A DNA stretch of 64,000 bases from an uncultured Actinomycetes bacterium (GTDB lineage Bacteria > Actinomycetota > UBA4738 > HRBIN12), in NCBI GenBank assembly GCA_963704885.1, contig CAVPIB010000004.1, positions 928,001 through 992,000 on the forward strand, given 5' to 3'. Within the stretch, counting starts at the first letter, position 1. The number at the start of each line of letters is the position of its first letter. Below are positions 18,786-28,365 of the stretch, one piece after another. A program made the position numbers and the translations under genes. A model generated the notes under the pieces. That model was not told where the DNA came from. It did no database searches and saw only the letters and a list, made by a program, of their open reading frames with translations.

Positions 18786-20018
18786 CTGCACGACATCGAC
18801 GCCATACCCAAGCTCGACGGGGCCGAGGTCGGCCGGATCTTCCGCGAAGAGTCCGGCCGATCCGTGGCCACCCTGATCCGCGTCTTCGGTGACATCGACA
18901 TCGCCGAGGATGCGGTTCAGGAGGCGTTCGCGGTCGCCCTGCGCAAGTGGCCGGTCGACGGCCTGCCGCCCAATCCGGGTGGCTGGATCACGACGACAGC
19001 TCGCAACCGTGCCATCGACCGCCTTCGCCGCGAGTCGGGTGAGAGGAAGCTGCTTCCCGACGTGGCGGTGCTCTCGCCCGGCAACGACGATCCGGGCATG
19101 CCCGAGGAGATGGGTCCCGTGAAGGACGACCGACTTCGCCTGATCTTCACCTGCTGCCATCCGGCGCTTTCCACCGAGGCGCAGGTAGCGCTGACGTTGC
19201 GCCTGCTCGGCGGGCTGACGACCGGCGAGGTAGCCCGCGCCTTCCTGGTCGCCGAGCCGACCATGGCCCAACGCATCGTCCGCGCCAAACGCAAGGTCAA
19301 GGCTGCGCGGATCCCCTACCGCATGCCGGAAGACCACGAGCTGCCCGGCCGACTGCGTCCGGTGCTGGCCGTCGTCTACCTCGTCTACAACGCCGGGCTG
19401 ACCAGCGCGGCCGAGCTGGGTCTGTGCTCAGAGGCGATCCGCCTGGCACGGATCTTGGCGACACTCATGCCCGACGAGCCAGAGGTGGCCGGCCTGTTGG
19501 CGCTGCTGCTCCTGACCGAATCCCGTCGCCCGTCGCGAACGCGGCCGGATGGCTCCCTCGTGTTGCTCGGCGAGCAGGACCGCACACGATGGAACCGGGC
19601 CTTGATCGAGGAGGGCCAGGCGATCGTCCGCGGGTGCCTTCGCCGCGACCGACCCGGTCCGTATCAGCTCCAGGCGGCCATCAATGCAGTTCATGCGGAC
19701 GCCCCGACGGTCCAAGAGACCGACTGGTCACAGATCGTTGCCCTCTACGACCGATTGCTCGTGGTTGCCCCCACGCCGGTCGTGGCTCTCAACCGCGCCA
19801 TCGCCATCGGCGAGGTGCAGGGCCCCGCCGCCGCGCTGGCCATGGTGGACGGATTGGACCTGGACAACTACCACCCGTTCCACGCCACGCGAGCCGATCT
19901 GCTTCAACGGATGGGCCGGCGCAGTGAGGCCGCGGCAGCCTACGAGCGTGCGGCCGCCATGGCGCCGACAGACGCCGAGCGGGACTTCCTCAGGCTCGGT
20001 GGCCGAGCTTCGCGCTGA
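18786..20018 (+). CDS. ECF42-type sigma-70 factor with C-terminal TPR-like extension
   Basis: AEDAVQEAF, DDRLRLIFTCCHPAL, GPYQLQAAI, VVALNRA; next to a DGPF gene. Start uncertain: homology extends upstream of GTG 18864 to about CTG 18786. Confidence 0.88.
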   Translation: MHDIDAIPKLDGAEVGRIFREESGRSVATLIRVFGDIDIAEDAVQEAFAVALRKWPVDGLPPNPGGWITTTARNRAIDRLRRESGERKLLPDVAVLSPGNDDPGMPEEMGPVKDDRLRLIFTCCHPALSTEAQVALTLRLLGGLTTGEVARAFLVAEPTMAQRIVRAKRKVKAARIPYRMPEDHELPGRLRPVLAVVYLVYNAGLTSAAELGLCSEAIRLARILATLMPDEPEVAGLLALLLLTESRRPSRTRPDGSLVLLGEQDRTRWNRALIEEGQAIVRGCLRRDRPGPYQLQAAINAVHADAPTVQETDWSQIVALYDRLLVVAPTPVVALNRAIAIGEVQGPAAALAMVDGLDLDNYHPFHATRADLLQRMGRRSEAAAAYERAAAMAPTDAERDFLRLGGRASR

Positions 20019-20091
20019 GCGGCGAGCATCCCGAGGTCGAAAGGCCGATGGTAGCTTGGGTCAAGCCGATCGAACGAACGAGGAACAGGCG

Positions 20092-20412
20092 ATGGCGACA
20101 GACAAGGCGGACGACGGCGGGCGCAGGGGTGACGAACGACTCCTGGCGCGGGCGGAGGAGGCCCTGACCGAGATCAAGGTATCGAGGGGACTATCGGAGC
20201 CGCACGCGGCGGTGCTGGCCGCGCTACGGATCCGCTTGAAAGGCGATCCGGGCGGGAACCTGGATGACCTCATGGCGGCCGCCGAAGACCTGGAAGGCCC
20301 GAGCCTCGATGACGCCTTCGAGCGATCGCAGGCAAGACCCTCTCCGTCGATCGACGATCTCATGTCGAAGGCCGAGAAGCCGAAGCGCTCGCTCGATGAC
20401 CTCCTCGGCTAA
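20092..20412 (+). CDS. Hypothetical small acidic protein
   Basis: GAGGA RBS, typical codon usage, repeated (S)LDDL motifs. Confidence 0.6.
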   Translation: MATDKADDGGRRGDERLLARAEEALTEIKVSRGLSEPHAAVLAALRIRLKGDPGGNLDDLMAAAEDLEGPSLDDAFERSQARPSPSIDDLMSKAEKPKRSLDDLLG

Positions 20413-20518
20413 GAACTCAAAGAGCCCGGCGCTCGAAGGGGATGCGCAACCCGGATCGCCAGCCCTTGCTGTTGCCGCTACGGGGATAGACTCGGCCAAA
20501 CCCTGGAAGGGGTGCCGA

Positions 20519-21466
20519 ATGGCACACGTCATCGACGGCGATGAGCTGGCCGAGGTCCTGCGCGCCGAGATCGAAGAGGAGGTCTCGGTCCTGCGCCTGT
20601 CCGCCGTCCGTCCCGGCCTCGCGACCGTGATCGTCGGCGCCGACCAGGCCGCCCATTGGTACGAGCGACACCTGCGGAAGCTGGCCGAGAGCCTCGACTA
20701 CCGCTACGAGAGCGAGCAGCTCTACGGCGACGCGATGCTCGACGACGTGCTGGCCACGATCGGCAAGCTGAACGCCGATCCTCGGATCACCGGCATCCTC
20801 GTCCTGCGGCCGCTACCCACTCACATCCCCGAGCACGAGGTGTTCGCGGCCGTGGACCCGCTCAAGGACGTGGAGGGCATGCACCCGTGGAACATCGGAC
20901 TCCTCGCGATCGGTACGCCGCGCTTCGTCCCATCCACGCCGGCGGCGTGCTTCTACCTGCTCGACGCCTACGCGCGTTCGCGCGACACGGACCCATCCTC
21001 GTTCTACCGCGGGAAGACGCTCGTCATCGTCGGACGGTCCACGAGCGTAGGAAAGCCGCTCGCGTTCCTCGGCCTGCAGCGTGACGCGACGGTGGTGATG
21101 TGCCACAGCAAGACCTCCGAAGCGGGCGAGTTGGCTGACTACACCCGTCGCGCCGACATCCTGATCGCGGCCGCGGGCGAACCGGGCCTGATCCACGGGG
21201 ACATGGTGCGGGACGGCGTGGTTGCGGTCGACGTCGGGACCAACGCCGTCCAGGACCCAGACTCGGGCGACGTGTTCCTCACGGGCGACCTGGACGTGTC
21301 TTCGGTCTCGGCGAAGGCGGAGGCGATCACGCCGGTGCCGGGGGGTGTCGGACCGATCACTGACGTCTGGTTGATCGGCAACGTGCTCGCCGCCGCCGCC
21401 ATGAGCGCACAGGTCGAACCCCGATTCGGGGCGCTCATCACCCGGCGCCTGCTGGGGCGCGGCTGA
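20519..21466 (+). CDS. folD: FolD-family methylene-THF dehydrogenase (variant)
   Basis: PGLATV, KDVEG, PSTP, GRSTSVGKP, DVG, ITPVPGGVGPIT. Confidence 0.85.
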   Translation: MAHVIDGDELAEVLRAEIEEEVSVLRLSAVRPGLATVIVGADQAAHWYERHLRKLAESLDYRYESEQLYGDAMLDDVLATIGKLNADPRITGILVLRPLPTHIPEHEVFAAVDPLKDVEGMHPWNIGLLAIGTPRFVPSTPAACFYLLDAYARSRDTDPSSFYRGKTLVIVGRSTSVGKPLAFLGLQRDATVVMCHSKTSEAGELADYTRRADILIAAAGEPGLIHGDMVRDGVVAVDVGTNAVQDPDSGDVFLTGDLDVSSVSAKAEAITPVPGGVGPITDVWLIGNVLAAAAMSAQVEPRFGALITRRLLGRG

Positions 21467-21561
21467 CCCTTGTACCCCTCTGCGAGCTAGCATCCTGGGC
21501 GGGACGGCAGTGGAAGGAGTGGTTCCCTGGCGCCGAGGAGCCAAGCCGGCAGATCCGACGT

Positions 21562-22602
21562 CTACCTGATACGTCTCACGTCTTCCGCGCGGAGTTCGTC
21601 GACCTCGCGCTCGAACACCTGGCGGAGACCTCGTTTCTCGTCGTCGTCCAGCCACGTCGCCTCGACGCCGTCGAGAGCCACGGCGGCCATGTCCTCGAAC
21701 GACAGGTCGAGCGCCTCGGCGACCGAGCGGTACTCCTTGCCCAGATCCAGGCCGGTCATCGCGGGGTCGTCGGTGTTCAGCGTGGCGAGCAGACCGGCCT
21801 CACGCATGCGCCGGAAGGGATGATCCGCTAGCGACGCGACCCTGTTGGCGATGAGCACGTTGCTGTTCGGACACACGGTGAGCGGGACGCGTTCCGCGGC
21901 CAGGCGTGCCGTGAGGTCTGGATCCTCCAGGATCGAGAACCCGTGGTCGATGCGCTCGGCGCCCAGCTGGTCGAGCGCGGTCCGGATGTTGTCCGGTCCC
22001 GCGTCCTCGCCTGCATGGCCGGTTCGGCGCAACCCCGCCGCGCGCGCCAGCTCGAACGCAGCCGCGTATCCCCGTAGGTCCACGCCTCGCTCCGTCGAGT
22101 CCATCCCGACGCCGATCACGCGGTCGGCGCGGCCGGCTCTCCGGAGTTCCACGAGCCTCTCGACCAGCTCCAGGCCGGCGGCTCCGCCGTAGGCGCGATC
22201 CATGTCGCAGATGGCCGCGCATCGCACGCCGGTCTCGCTCTCCGCCGCCTCGAACCCTCGGGTGATGCCATCGACGATCCCTGCTAGATCCTGGCCCCTC
22301 TCCATGTGCCGCGCCGGAGTGAAGAACGTCTCGCGATACCGCAGGCCATGAGGAGCCGCCTGGACGATCGACTCGTACGCCGCACGTTCCCAGTCCTCAG
22401 GGGTCGCGAGCAACTCCTGGACGAACCAGAAGATGTCGAGGAACCCGTTCAAGGAGTCGTATCGATACAGATCCTCGATCCGAGGCGCGGGCAGGGTACG
22501 CCCGTTCTTGCGCGCGAGCTCGGCCACGGTCGCAGGCGCGATCGTCCCCTCCAGGTGACAGTGGAGCTCGACCTTCGGAAGGCGATCGGCGATGTCGGTC
22601 AT
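21562..22602 (-). CDS. add: Adenosine/adenine deaminase
   Basis: PKVELHCHLEG, HAGE, RIDHG, CPNSN, NTDDP. Confidence 0.9.
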   Translation of the reverse strand: MTDIADRLPKVELHCHLEGTIAPATVAELARKNGRTLPAPRIEDLYRYDSLNGFLDIFWFVQELLATPEDWERAAYESIVQAAPHGLRYRETFFTPARHMERGQDLAGIVDGITRGFEAAESETGVRCAAICDMDRAYGGAAGLELVERLVELRRAGRADRVIGVGMDSTERGVDLRGYAAAFELARAAGLRRTGHAGEDAGPDNIRTALDQLGAERIDHGFSILEDPDLTARLAAERVPLTVCPNSNVLIANRVASLADHPFRRMREAGLLATLNTDDPAMTGLDLGKEYRSVAEALDLSFEDMAAVALDGVEATWLDDDEKRGLRQVFEREVDELRAEDVRRIR

Positions 22603-22730
22603 CCCGCGCAGCCTACCCGTGGGTCGACTGTCCGGTACCCGCCTTCCTTGGCTATCGTCTCCTCTCGCGGAGATGCCGAGCCTGGCGCTCCCCGTTCGTC
22701 TTGTGATCGACCGTCCGAGCAAAGAAAGCG

Positions 22731-23050
22731 ATGAGATACATGCTGACATGCTGCTGATCCATCAGGGTGACTCCCCCACCCCACGATCGCCGGGGAACTG
22801 GGCGAAACTCTCCAACGAAGAGCGGCGGCGGCTACCTGCTGCTCGAGGCCGAGGACCTGGACGCGGCGATACAGCTGGCCGCACGGATCCCGGCGGCGCG
22901 CCCTGGGCGGCGCGGTCGAAGTGCGACCGATCGTGGAGTGGTAGCGACGACCCTCGAGCTGGTCTTCCGCGAGCTCTGTGGACGCGTCCTGGACCGCGTC
23001 GATCGGCTTCCTAGGCGACTTCGACCTGGCCGAGCAGGAGGCCTTCGCGA
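22731..23050 (+). pseudogene. Degraded YCII gene plus the 5' end of an ECF42-type sigma factor
   Basis: Fragments MRYML/LLIHQG, GGYLLLEAEDLDAAIQLAARIP, AVEVRPIVEW*, then LELVFRE..GRVL and GDFDLAE-QEAF in shifting frames; DGPF core missing. Confidence 0.75.
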
Positions 23051-23355
23051 TCGGCGCGGGGACCGACGTGGCGATAGAGACCGCAGACCTCGTGCTGAGG
23101 CGCTCGGACCCGCTCGACATCCCCATCGCGTTTGAGATCGGCCGGGGCACGCTGCGCAAGATGCGCCAGAATCTCGGCTGGGCCGTCGGCTACAACGCGA
23201 TCGCCATCCCGATCGCGGCCGGTGTCTTTCAGCCCGCGTTCGGCTTGGTGCTCCGCCCTGAGATCGCCGCGCTCTCGATGTCGGGCTCGAGCTTCATCGT
23301 CGCCATGAACGCGCTTCTCCTCAAACGCCTCCGACTCCCGACGACGGCCGCTTGA
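23047..23355 (+). pseudogene. 3' fragment of a P1B heavy-metal (Cu-type) ATPase
   Basis: AIGAGTDVAIETAD...KMRQNLGWAVGYNAIAIPIAAG...MSGSSFIVAMNALLL; no upstream ATPase domains. Confidence 0.85.
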
Positions 23356-23405
23356 TCGCGTACAGGTCCCCCACGGGAGGTGACCCGTAGGCCAACCACC
23401 TCGAG

Positions 23406-23852
23406 CTAGCGCCGGAACAACCAGGAGAGCAGCGCGCCTGAAAGCCCGGCCACGGCCCCGAACAGCAGGGCCTGGCGCGGAGTCATCAGGACCTTGCCGC
23501 CTTCCTCTACGGTGATCTTCGGCGATACCACGAGCCCCACGAACGCCCTTTGACCGATCGTGGCACCTCCGGCAGCCAGGATGCTCTGGGTTCCCCCGTA
23601 CTCGATCGAGACATCGCCGTTGGCGACCATCGGACCGCAGCCGCCGTTGCGGATGGTGACCCCGCCGTTCGCGATCACCGGGCCGCACCCTCCGTTGAGG
23701 ATCGAGAAGTTGCCCGCGGCGGCCACGAACCCCGCGCCGGCGTTGGTGAGATGCACGTCTCGCGCCTTCACCAGCCCCACCATGGAGTTCGTGACGGTTG
23801 CATCGGATTCGAACTCCAGCGACCTCGCTACACCTTGACCCATCTCGTCCAT
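23406..23852 (-). CDS. Hypothetical repeat protein with C-terminal TM
   Basis: About 16-aa repeats (NGGCGPxxANG) and a hydrophobic C-terminus; GAAAGGGG upstream. Confidence 0.65.
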   Translation of the reverse strand: MDEMGQGVARSLEFESDATVTNSMVGLVKARDVHLTNAGAGFVAAAGNFSILNGGCGPVIANGGVTIRNGGCGPMVANGDVSIEYGGTQSILAAGGATIGQRAFVGLVVSPKITVEEGGKVLMTPRQALLFGAVAGLSGALLSWLFRR

Positions 23853-23910
23853 GTCGACCCCTTTCCACCGGCATCCTAAGGAACGCCGAGATGGCCTGGC
23901 AGGCCTAGGC

Positions 23911-24633
23911 TCAGAGGATCTGCGCGATGTCACGAACCAGTGACGCCAGGGAGACCGCGGTGACCGCGATCAAGCCCGCTCTCCCGGTCCATACGACCGC
24001 CTGTGATCCCCAGAGGCGTCCGATCAGTGGCGCCGTCCGGTGCACGTACCACAGGGCGGGTGTCGCGGCCGCCACCACGAATCCCACCGGTCCGATGAAC
24101 GCCAACAGCAGGAGCGGGATCAGGCCGAGGACCCAGGCTTGCGAGCCACCCGGACCCGAGCCCCCTTGGAGCCACCGTTCGATGAGGCGACTGACCACGA
24201 CGCCGTATGCAGCCGGCAGCGCGATGAACATCGCGATCGCGAGCGGCAGGGGATCGAGAAGCGTGAAGTCGATCCCTCCGGGCCGGATCACCGCGGCGCC
24301 GCCGACGATGCCGCCGAAGACACCGAAGAGCGCAGCCCGCCACCGCTTCGGCGCCCACGATCGCACCGCGAGGTAGAAGATCCCGCCGAAGACGCCGAGG
24401 ATGCTCGTTGCGACGACCAGGAACAAGGTGGCCCCACTGACCTGACCGATGATGAACCCGTCGTCGGTCTCCGCTCCGTGGAGCGATGCGTTCGATGTGA
24501 CCCGCAGCACGAACATCGCGATCCGGCCGCCGATCCCTCCGATCAGCGCGCCCATGGACAGCCCGGCGACCACGGCCGTCGAGGCGCGACGGGCTTGGGT
24601 CATCAGATCCTGCTGCCAAGTGACTCCCACCAT
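23911..24633 (-). CDS. Hypothetical polytopic membrane protein
   Basis: Multiple TM segments, GGRIAM and PGGIDF motifs; GGAGG RBS. Confidence 0.7.
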   Translation of the reverse strand: MVGVTWQQDLMTQARRASTAVVAGLSMGALIGGIGGRIAMFVLRVTSNASLHGAETDDGFIIGQVSGATLFLVVATSILGVFGGIFYLAVRSWAPKRWRAALFGVFGGIVGGAAVIRPGGIDFTLLDPLPLAIAMFIALPAAYGVVVSRLIERWLQGGSGPGGSQAWVLGLIPLLLLAFIGPVGFVVAAATPALWYVHRTAPLIGRLWGSQAVVWTGRAGLIAVTAVSLASLVRDIAQIL

Positions 24634-24757
24634 GGTGCCTCCCACAGATGAATCCTGGCGCGGCGGGCTCAGATGTCGAGTAGGCCAGCATCCGGGTGCT
24701 GGGTGGTGGCTCCATCCCACGAGAGGATCTTTGGCCAGAGGCGCTAGCATCCGGACC

Positions 24758-26134
24758 ATGCCGGAGGAGTTCCGCACGATCATCGAGCCGTTCCGGATCC
24801 ACTCGGTGGAGCCGTTGCGCATCACGACCCTCGACGAGCGGCACGCCGCGCTCGTCGAGGCCGGGTACAACCTCTTCAACCTCCACGCCGATGACGTGCT
24901 CATAGACCTGCTGACGGACTCGGGCACCGGGGCCATGTCGCGCGATCAGTGGGCCGCCATCCAGCACGGCGACGAGAGCTACGCGGGCTCACCCTCCTGG
25001 TTCGTCTTCTTGGAGGCCGTTCAGGAGCTCTTCCCGTTCAAGCATGTGATACCGACGCACCAGGGACGGGCGGCCGAGAAGATCCTGTTCTCTGCGATCG
25101 GCGGTCCCGGCAAGGTGGTTCCGAACAACACGCACTTCGACACGACGCGCGCGAACGTGGAGTACACGGGAGCCGAGGCGGTCGACCTGCTGATCCCCGA
25201 GGGACGCCAGCCAGCGCTGGAACATCCCTTCAAGGGCAACATGGACCTCGGGGCGCTCGACGCACTCTTGTCTGAGCGCGCCGCCGACGTGCCGGCCGTC
25301 TTCGTCACGATCACGAACAACTCCGGAGGTGGACAACCGGTCTCCATGGAGAACCTCCGCGGCGTTCGCGCTTTGTGCGATCGGTTCGGCGTGCCGCTGC
25401 TCCTTGACGCGTGCCGGTTCGCTGAGAACGCCTGGTTCATCCGGATGCGGGAGGCCGGCTACGAGGATCGGCCGATCCCCGACATAGTCCGCGAGATGGC
25501 CTCGCTGGCCGACGGCATGACCATGAGCGCCAAGAAGGACCCGCTCGCGAACATCGGCGGCTGGCTGGCCACGAACGACGACACCCTTGCCGAGCGCTGC
25601 CGGACGCTGCTGATCCTGACGGAGGGCTTCCCGACCTACGGCGGCCTCGCCGGGCGGGACCTGGAAGCGATCGCCCAGGGGCTGAAGGAGTGCGTGCACC
25701 CCGACTACCTCAGGTACAGGATCCGCTCGACGGCCTACCTGGGAGAGGCGCTCGACCGCGCCGGAGTTCCCGTCGTGAAACCGATCGGCGGGCACGCCGT
25801 GTACATCGACGCGCGTGCACTGCTGCCTAACATCCCACCGCTCTCCTACCCCGGTCAGGCGTTGGCGATCGCGCTGTACGAGGCGGGGGGCATCCGCGGC
25901 TGCGAGATCGGCACGGTGATGTTCGGTCGCCGGCCCGACGGGACCGAGGAACCCGCTGCGATGGATCTGGTGCGCCTGGCGATCCCGCGCCGCACCTACA
26001 CGCAGAGCCACATCGACTACGTGATCGAGGTGGTCACCTCGGTTGCCACGAGTGCGTCGGAACTCCCCGGCTATCGCATCGCCGAGGAGGCGCCGGCGCT
26101 CCGGCACTTCACCGCCCGCTTCGAGCCGCTCTAG
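24758..26134 (+). CDS. tnaA: Tryptophanase (beta-eliminating lyase)
   Basis: EPFRI, DLLTDSGT, HQGRAAE, PLP-lysine motif MSAKKD, C-terminal LRHFTARF (tyrosine phenol-lyase has SGKKD/LRFF). Confidence 0.88.
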   Translation: MPEEFRTIIEPFRIHSVEPLRITTLDERHAALVEAGYNLFNLHADDVLIDLLTDSGTGAMSRDQWAAIQHGDESYAGSPSWFVFLEAVQELFPFKHVIPTHQGRAAEKILFSAIGGPGKVVPNNTHFDTTRANVEYTGAEAVDLLIPEGRQPALEHPFKGNMDLGALDALLSERAADVPAVFVTITNNSGGGQPVSMENLRGVRALCDRFGVPLLLDACRFAENAWFIRMREAGYEDRPIPDIVREMASLADGMTMSAKKDPLANIGGWLATNDDTLAERCRTLLILTEGFPTYGGLAGRDLEAIAQGLKECVHPDYLRYRIRSTAYLGEALDRAGVPVVKPIGGHAVYIDARALLPNIPPLSYPGQALAIALYEAGGIRGCEIGTVMFGRRPDGTEEPAAMDLVRLAIPRRTYTQSHIDYVIEVVTSVATSASELPGYRIAEEAPALRHFTARFEPL

Positions 26135-27823
26135 TCACCGAGCGACGAAGTCAGCGCCTGCGTCCAAGTACTCCGGAGGGCGGCGTGCCTGAACCGCCTG
26201 CTCGAACGCATACGCGAACCGCAGCAGCCTCGGTTCCTGCCAGGCGCGGCCGAGGAACGAGATGCCGATGGGCAGCTCGCCGATGAATACCGCGGGCACG
26301 GTCAGGTGCGGATACCCCGCTGCGTTCGAGGGCCCGGCGGCACCGTTGCCCAGGTAGGAATCTCCGTCGATCAGGTCGATCGGCCACGCGCGGACGAACG
26401 TCGGGGCCACGATCGCATCGAGCCGGTGCCGACGCATCACGTCGGCGAAGTCCGCTCGCGCCACGCGCTGCGACCGGCGGAGCGCTCGCAAATACTCGGG
26501 GTTCGGGAGTGGGGCGGAATCGACCGAACCCTCGAGGAGGGCCTGGTTGTGCCACTGTAGTTCCTCGTCATGGTTCGCCTCGTTGAAGGCGACGACGTCG
26601 GCAAGCGTGCGGATCTCGGTGTTCGAGAGCCCGGACATGTAGCGACCGACGCCTTGTTCGAACTCGGAGAACATCACCGACACGTGGTCGCCCGTCGCGG
26701 CCATCCAGTTCGGGAGGTCCACAGGGTCGAATAACGTCGCGCCCAGCTCACGGAACACCGGAAGCACGCCTTCGAAGCGCCTGGAGATCGCGTCGTCCTT
26801 CCAGAGGTCGTGTCGGCGCCAAACGCCGATCCGAGCGCCACGCAGGCCGTCCTCGTCCAGGAAGCGCTGGTAGTCGGGCGGTGTGTGCCCCTCGCTGGCG
26901 GCCGTCAACGGATCGAGCGGATCGACACCGACCATCCCGTTCAACACGATCGCCAGATCGCTGACGGTTCGGGCCAGGGGTCCCATCACGTCCCGCGAGA
27001 ACGAGATGGGGATCGTGCCCGAGCGGCTGACCAGCCCAGTGGTGGGCTTCAACCCGACTACCCCGCAGAGCGATGACGGCATCACGATCGATCCATAGGT
27101 CTCCAGACCCACCGCTCCGGCGGCGAAGCTCGCCGCGACGGCCGCCGCCGATCCAGAGCTGGAGTCGCCCGTGCTGCAGTTCAACGCGTACGGGTTCCGT
27201 CCCACCCCCGCGCGAGCGCTCCAGCCGCCGCGAGTCGGCCACCCACGGAACGCGTTCCACTCGGACATGTTCGCCTTACCGAGGAGGATGGCCCCGGCCT
27301 CGCGGAGCCGCCTCGCCACGCCGGCGTCTCGCGGAACGGTCGATCCGACTAGGGCGAGCGAGCCCGCGGTCGTCTCCATGCGGTCCGCCGTGGCGATCAC
27401 GTCCTTCAGGACGATCGGGATGCCGTGCAGCGGTCCGCGGAGGTGTCCGTCCGCACGCTCCTGATCCAATTCGATCGCGATCGCCTCGGCGTCCGGGTTC
27501 ACCTCGATGATGGAGTTCACGCGCGGACCAGCCCAGTCCATCCCCTCGATCCGAGCGAGGTGGTCACGCGTGATCGACAGCGCCGTAGCCTCGCCCGAGG
27601 CCATCGCCGCTTGCATGTCCGCGATCGTCGCCTCGGTCCATGGGAACGATCCGCCGGGCACCGCCCTCGGACCCCCCGGTGTCCCGACTTCGGCTCTGGC
27701 CACGCCGGTCGCTCCGAGTGCCCCCGCCGCCGATGCCGTCGCTCCGACGACGGCTGAGTACTTGAGGAAGCTCCGCCGATCGATCCCCCGACTGGGAAGC
27801 CGACTCGTTCCATGATCGTTCAT
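26135..27823 (-). CDS. Tat-exported amidase-signature family enzyme
   Basis: DRRSFLK leader, GPLHGIPIVLKD, GDSSSGS, GLETYGSI, GLKPT. Confidence 0.88.
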   Translation of the reverse strand: MNDHGTSRLPSRGIDRRSFLKYSAVVGATASAAGALGATGVARAEVGTPGGPRAVPGGSFPWTEATIADMQAAMASGEATALSITRDHLARIEGMDWAGPRVNSIIEVNPDAEAIAIELDQERADGHLRGPLHGIPIVLKDVIATADRMETTAGSLALVGSTVPRDAGVARRLREAGAILLGKANMSEWNAFRGWPTRGGWSARAGVGRNPYALNCSTGDSSSGSAAAVAASFAAGAVGLETYGSIVMPSSLCGVVGLKPTTGLVSRSGTIPISFSRDVMGPLARTVSDLAIVLNGMVGVDPLDPLTAASEGHTPPDYQRFLDEDGLRGARIGVWRRHDLWKDDAISRRFEGVLPVFRELGATLFDPVDLPNWMAATGDHVSVMFSEFEQGVGRYMSGLSNTEIRTLADVVAFNEANHDEELQWHNQALLEGSVDSAPLPNPEYLRALRRSQRVARADFADVMRRHRLDAIVAPTFVRAWPIDLIDGDSYLGNGAAGPSNAAGYPHLTVPAVFIGELPIGISFLGRAWQEPRLLRFAYAFEQAVQARRPPEYLDAGADFVAR

Positions 27824-27841
27824 AGCCTGGTCCTTTCGCTG

Positions 27842-28324
27842 CTACGGAGTCAGGTAGAGCGTCGCGACGAAATCACCGTCCTGAACCGTGAATGTGGAAT
27901 ACCCCCGCGCATTGGCGTAAGCGCCGGTGCCCCCGGTGACCGCGCCGGACTCGCCGCTGAAGCCCCGGAACATCCCCGTGATGACGACGGTTCCGCGCTC
28001 GGTGTGCGGACCAGGTTTGAGGATCATGATGTGGGTACAGGCCCACCCGAGTCTCGCGGCGTTCGCGTTGATGCACTCGCAGCGATGGGACCCCACTTCG
28101 TTGCCGTCCGTATCAAGGAGCGGCCCCTTGAACAGGTTGATGGTCGCGCTCCGCCTGCCCTGCGTGTCTCGGATGCGATAATCCGCCGCCGACACATCCC
28201 CGTGGATGAGCTCGATGACCCGAGGTTCGGTGATCTCGTCGCTGCCCCCGTAGGCGTTGCCGACCAACAAGCCGGACAGCAGCATCGCCGCCGTCAGCAC
28301 GGTGATACCGATGTTCCTTCGCAT
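27842..28324 (-). CDS. Secreted beta-barrel protein, dirigent/allene oxide cyclase-like
   Basis: Signal peptide ending AYG, two Cys, AVTGGTGAYANARG motif. Confidence 0.55.
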   Translation of the reverse strand: MRRNIGITVLTAAMLLSGLLVGNAYGGSDEITEPRVIELIHGDVSAADYRIRDTQGRRSATINLFKGPLLDTDGNEVGSHRCECINANAARLGWACTHIMILKPGPHTERGTVVITGMFRGFSGESGAVTGGTGAYANARGYSTFTVQDGDFVATLYLTP

Positions 28325-28365
28325 GCTCCCCTCCCTTTCGTTCGATCTGTTCCTAAAGGCCGCGA

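Noticed and set aside
22978-23355. A novel intact 125-aa protein
   Set aside because: It is a chimera of a sigma-factor remnant and a P-type ATPase tail
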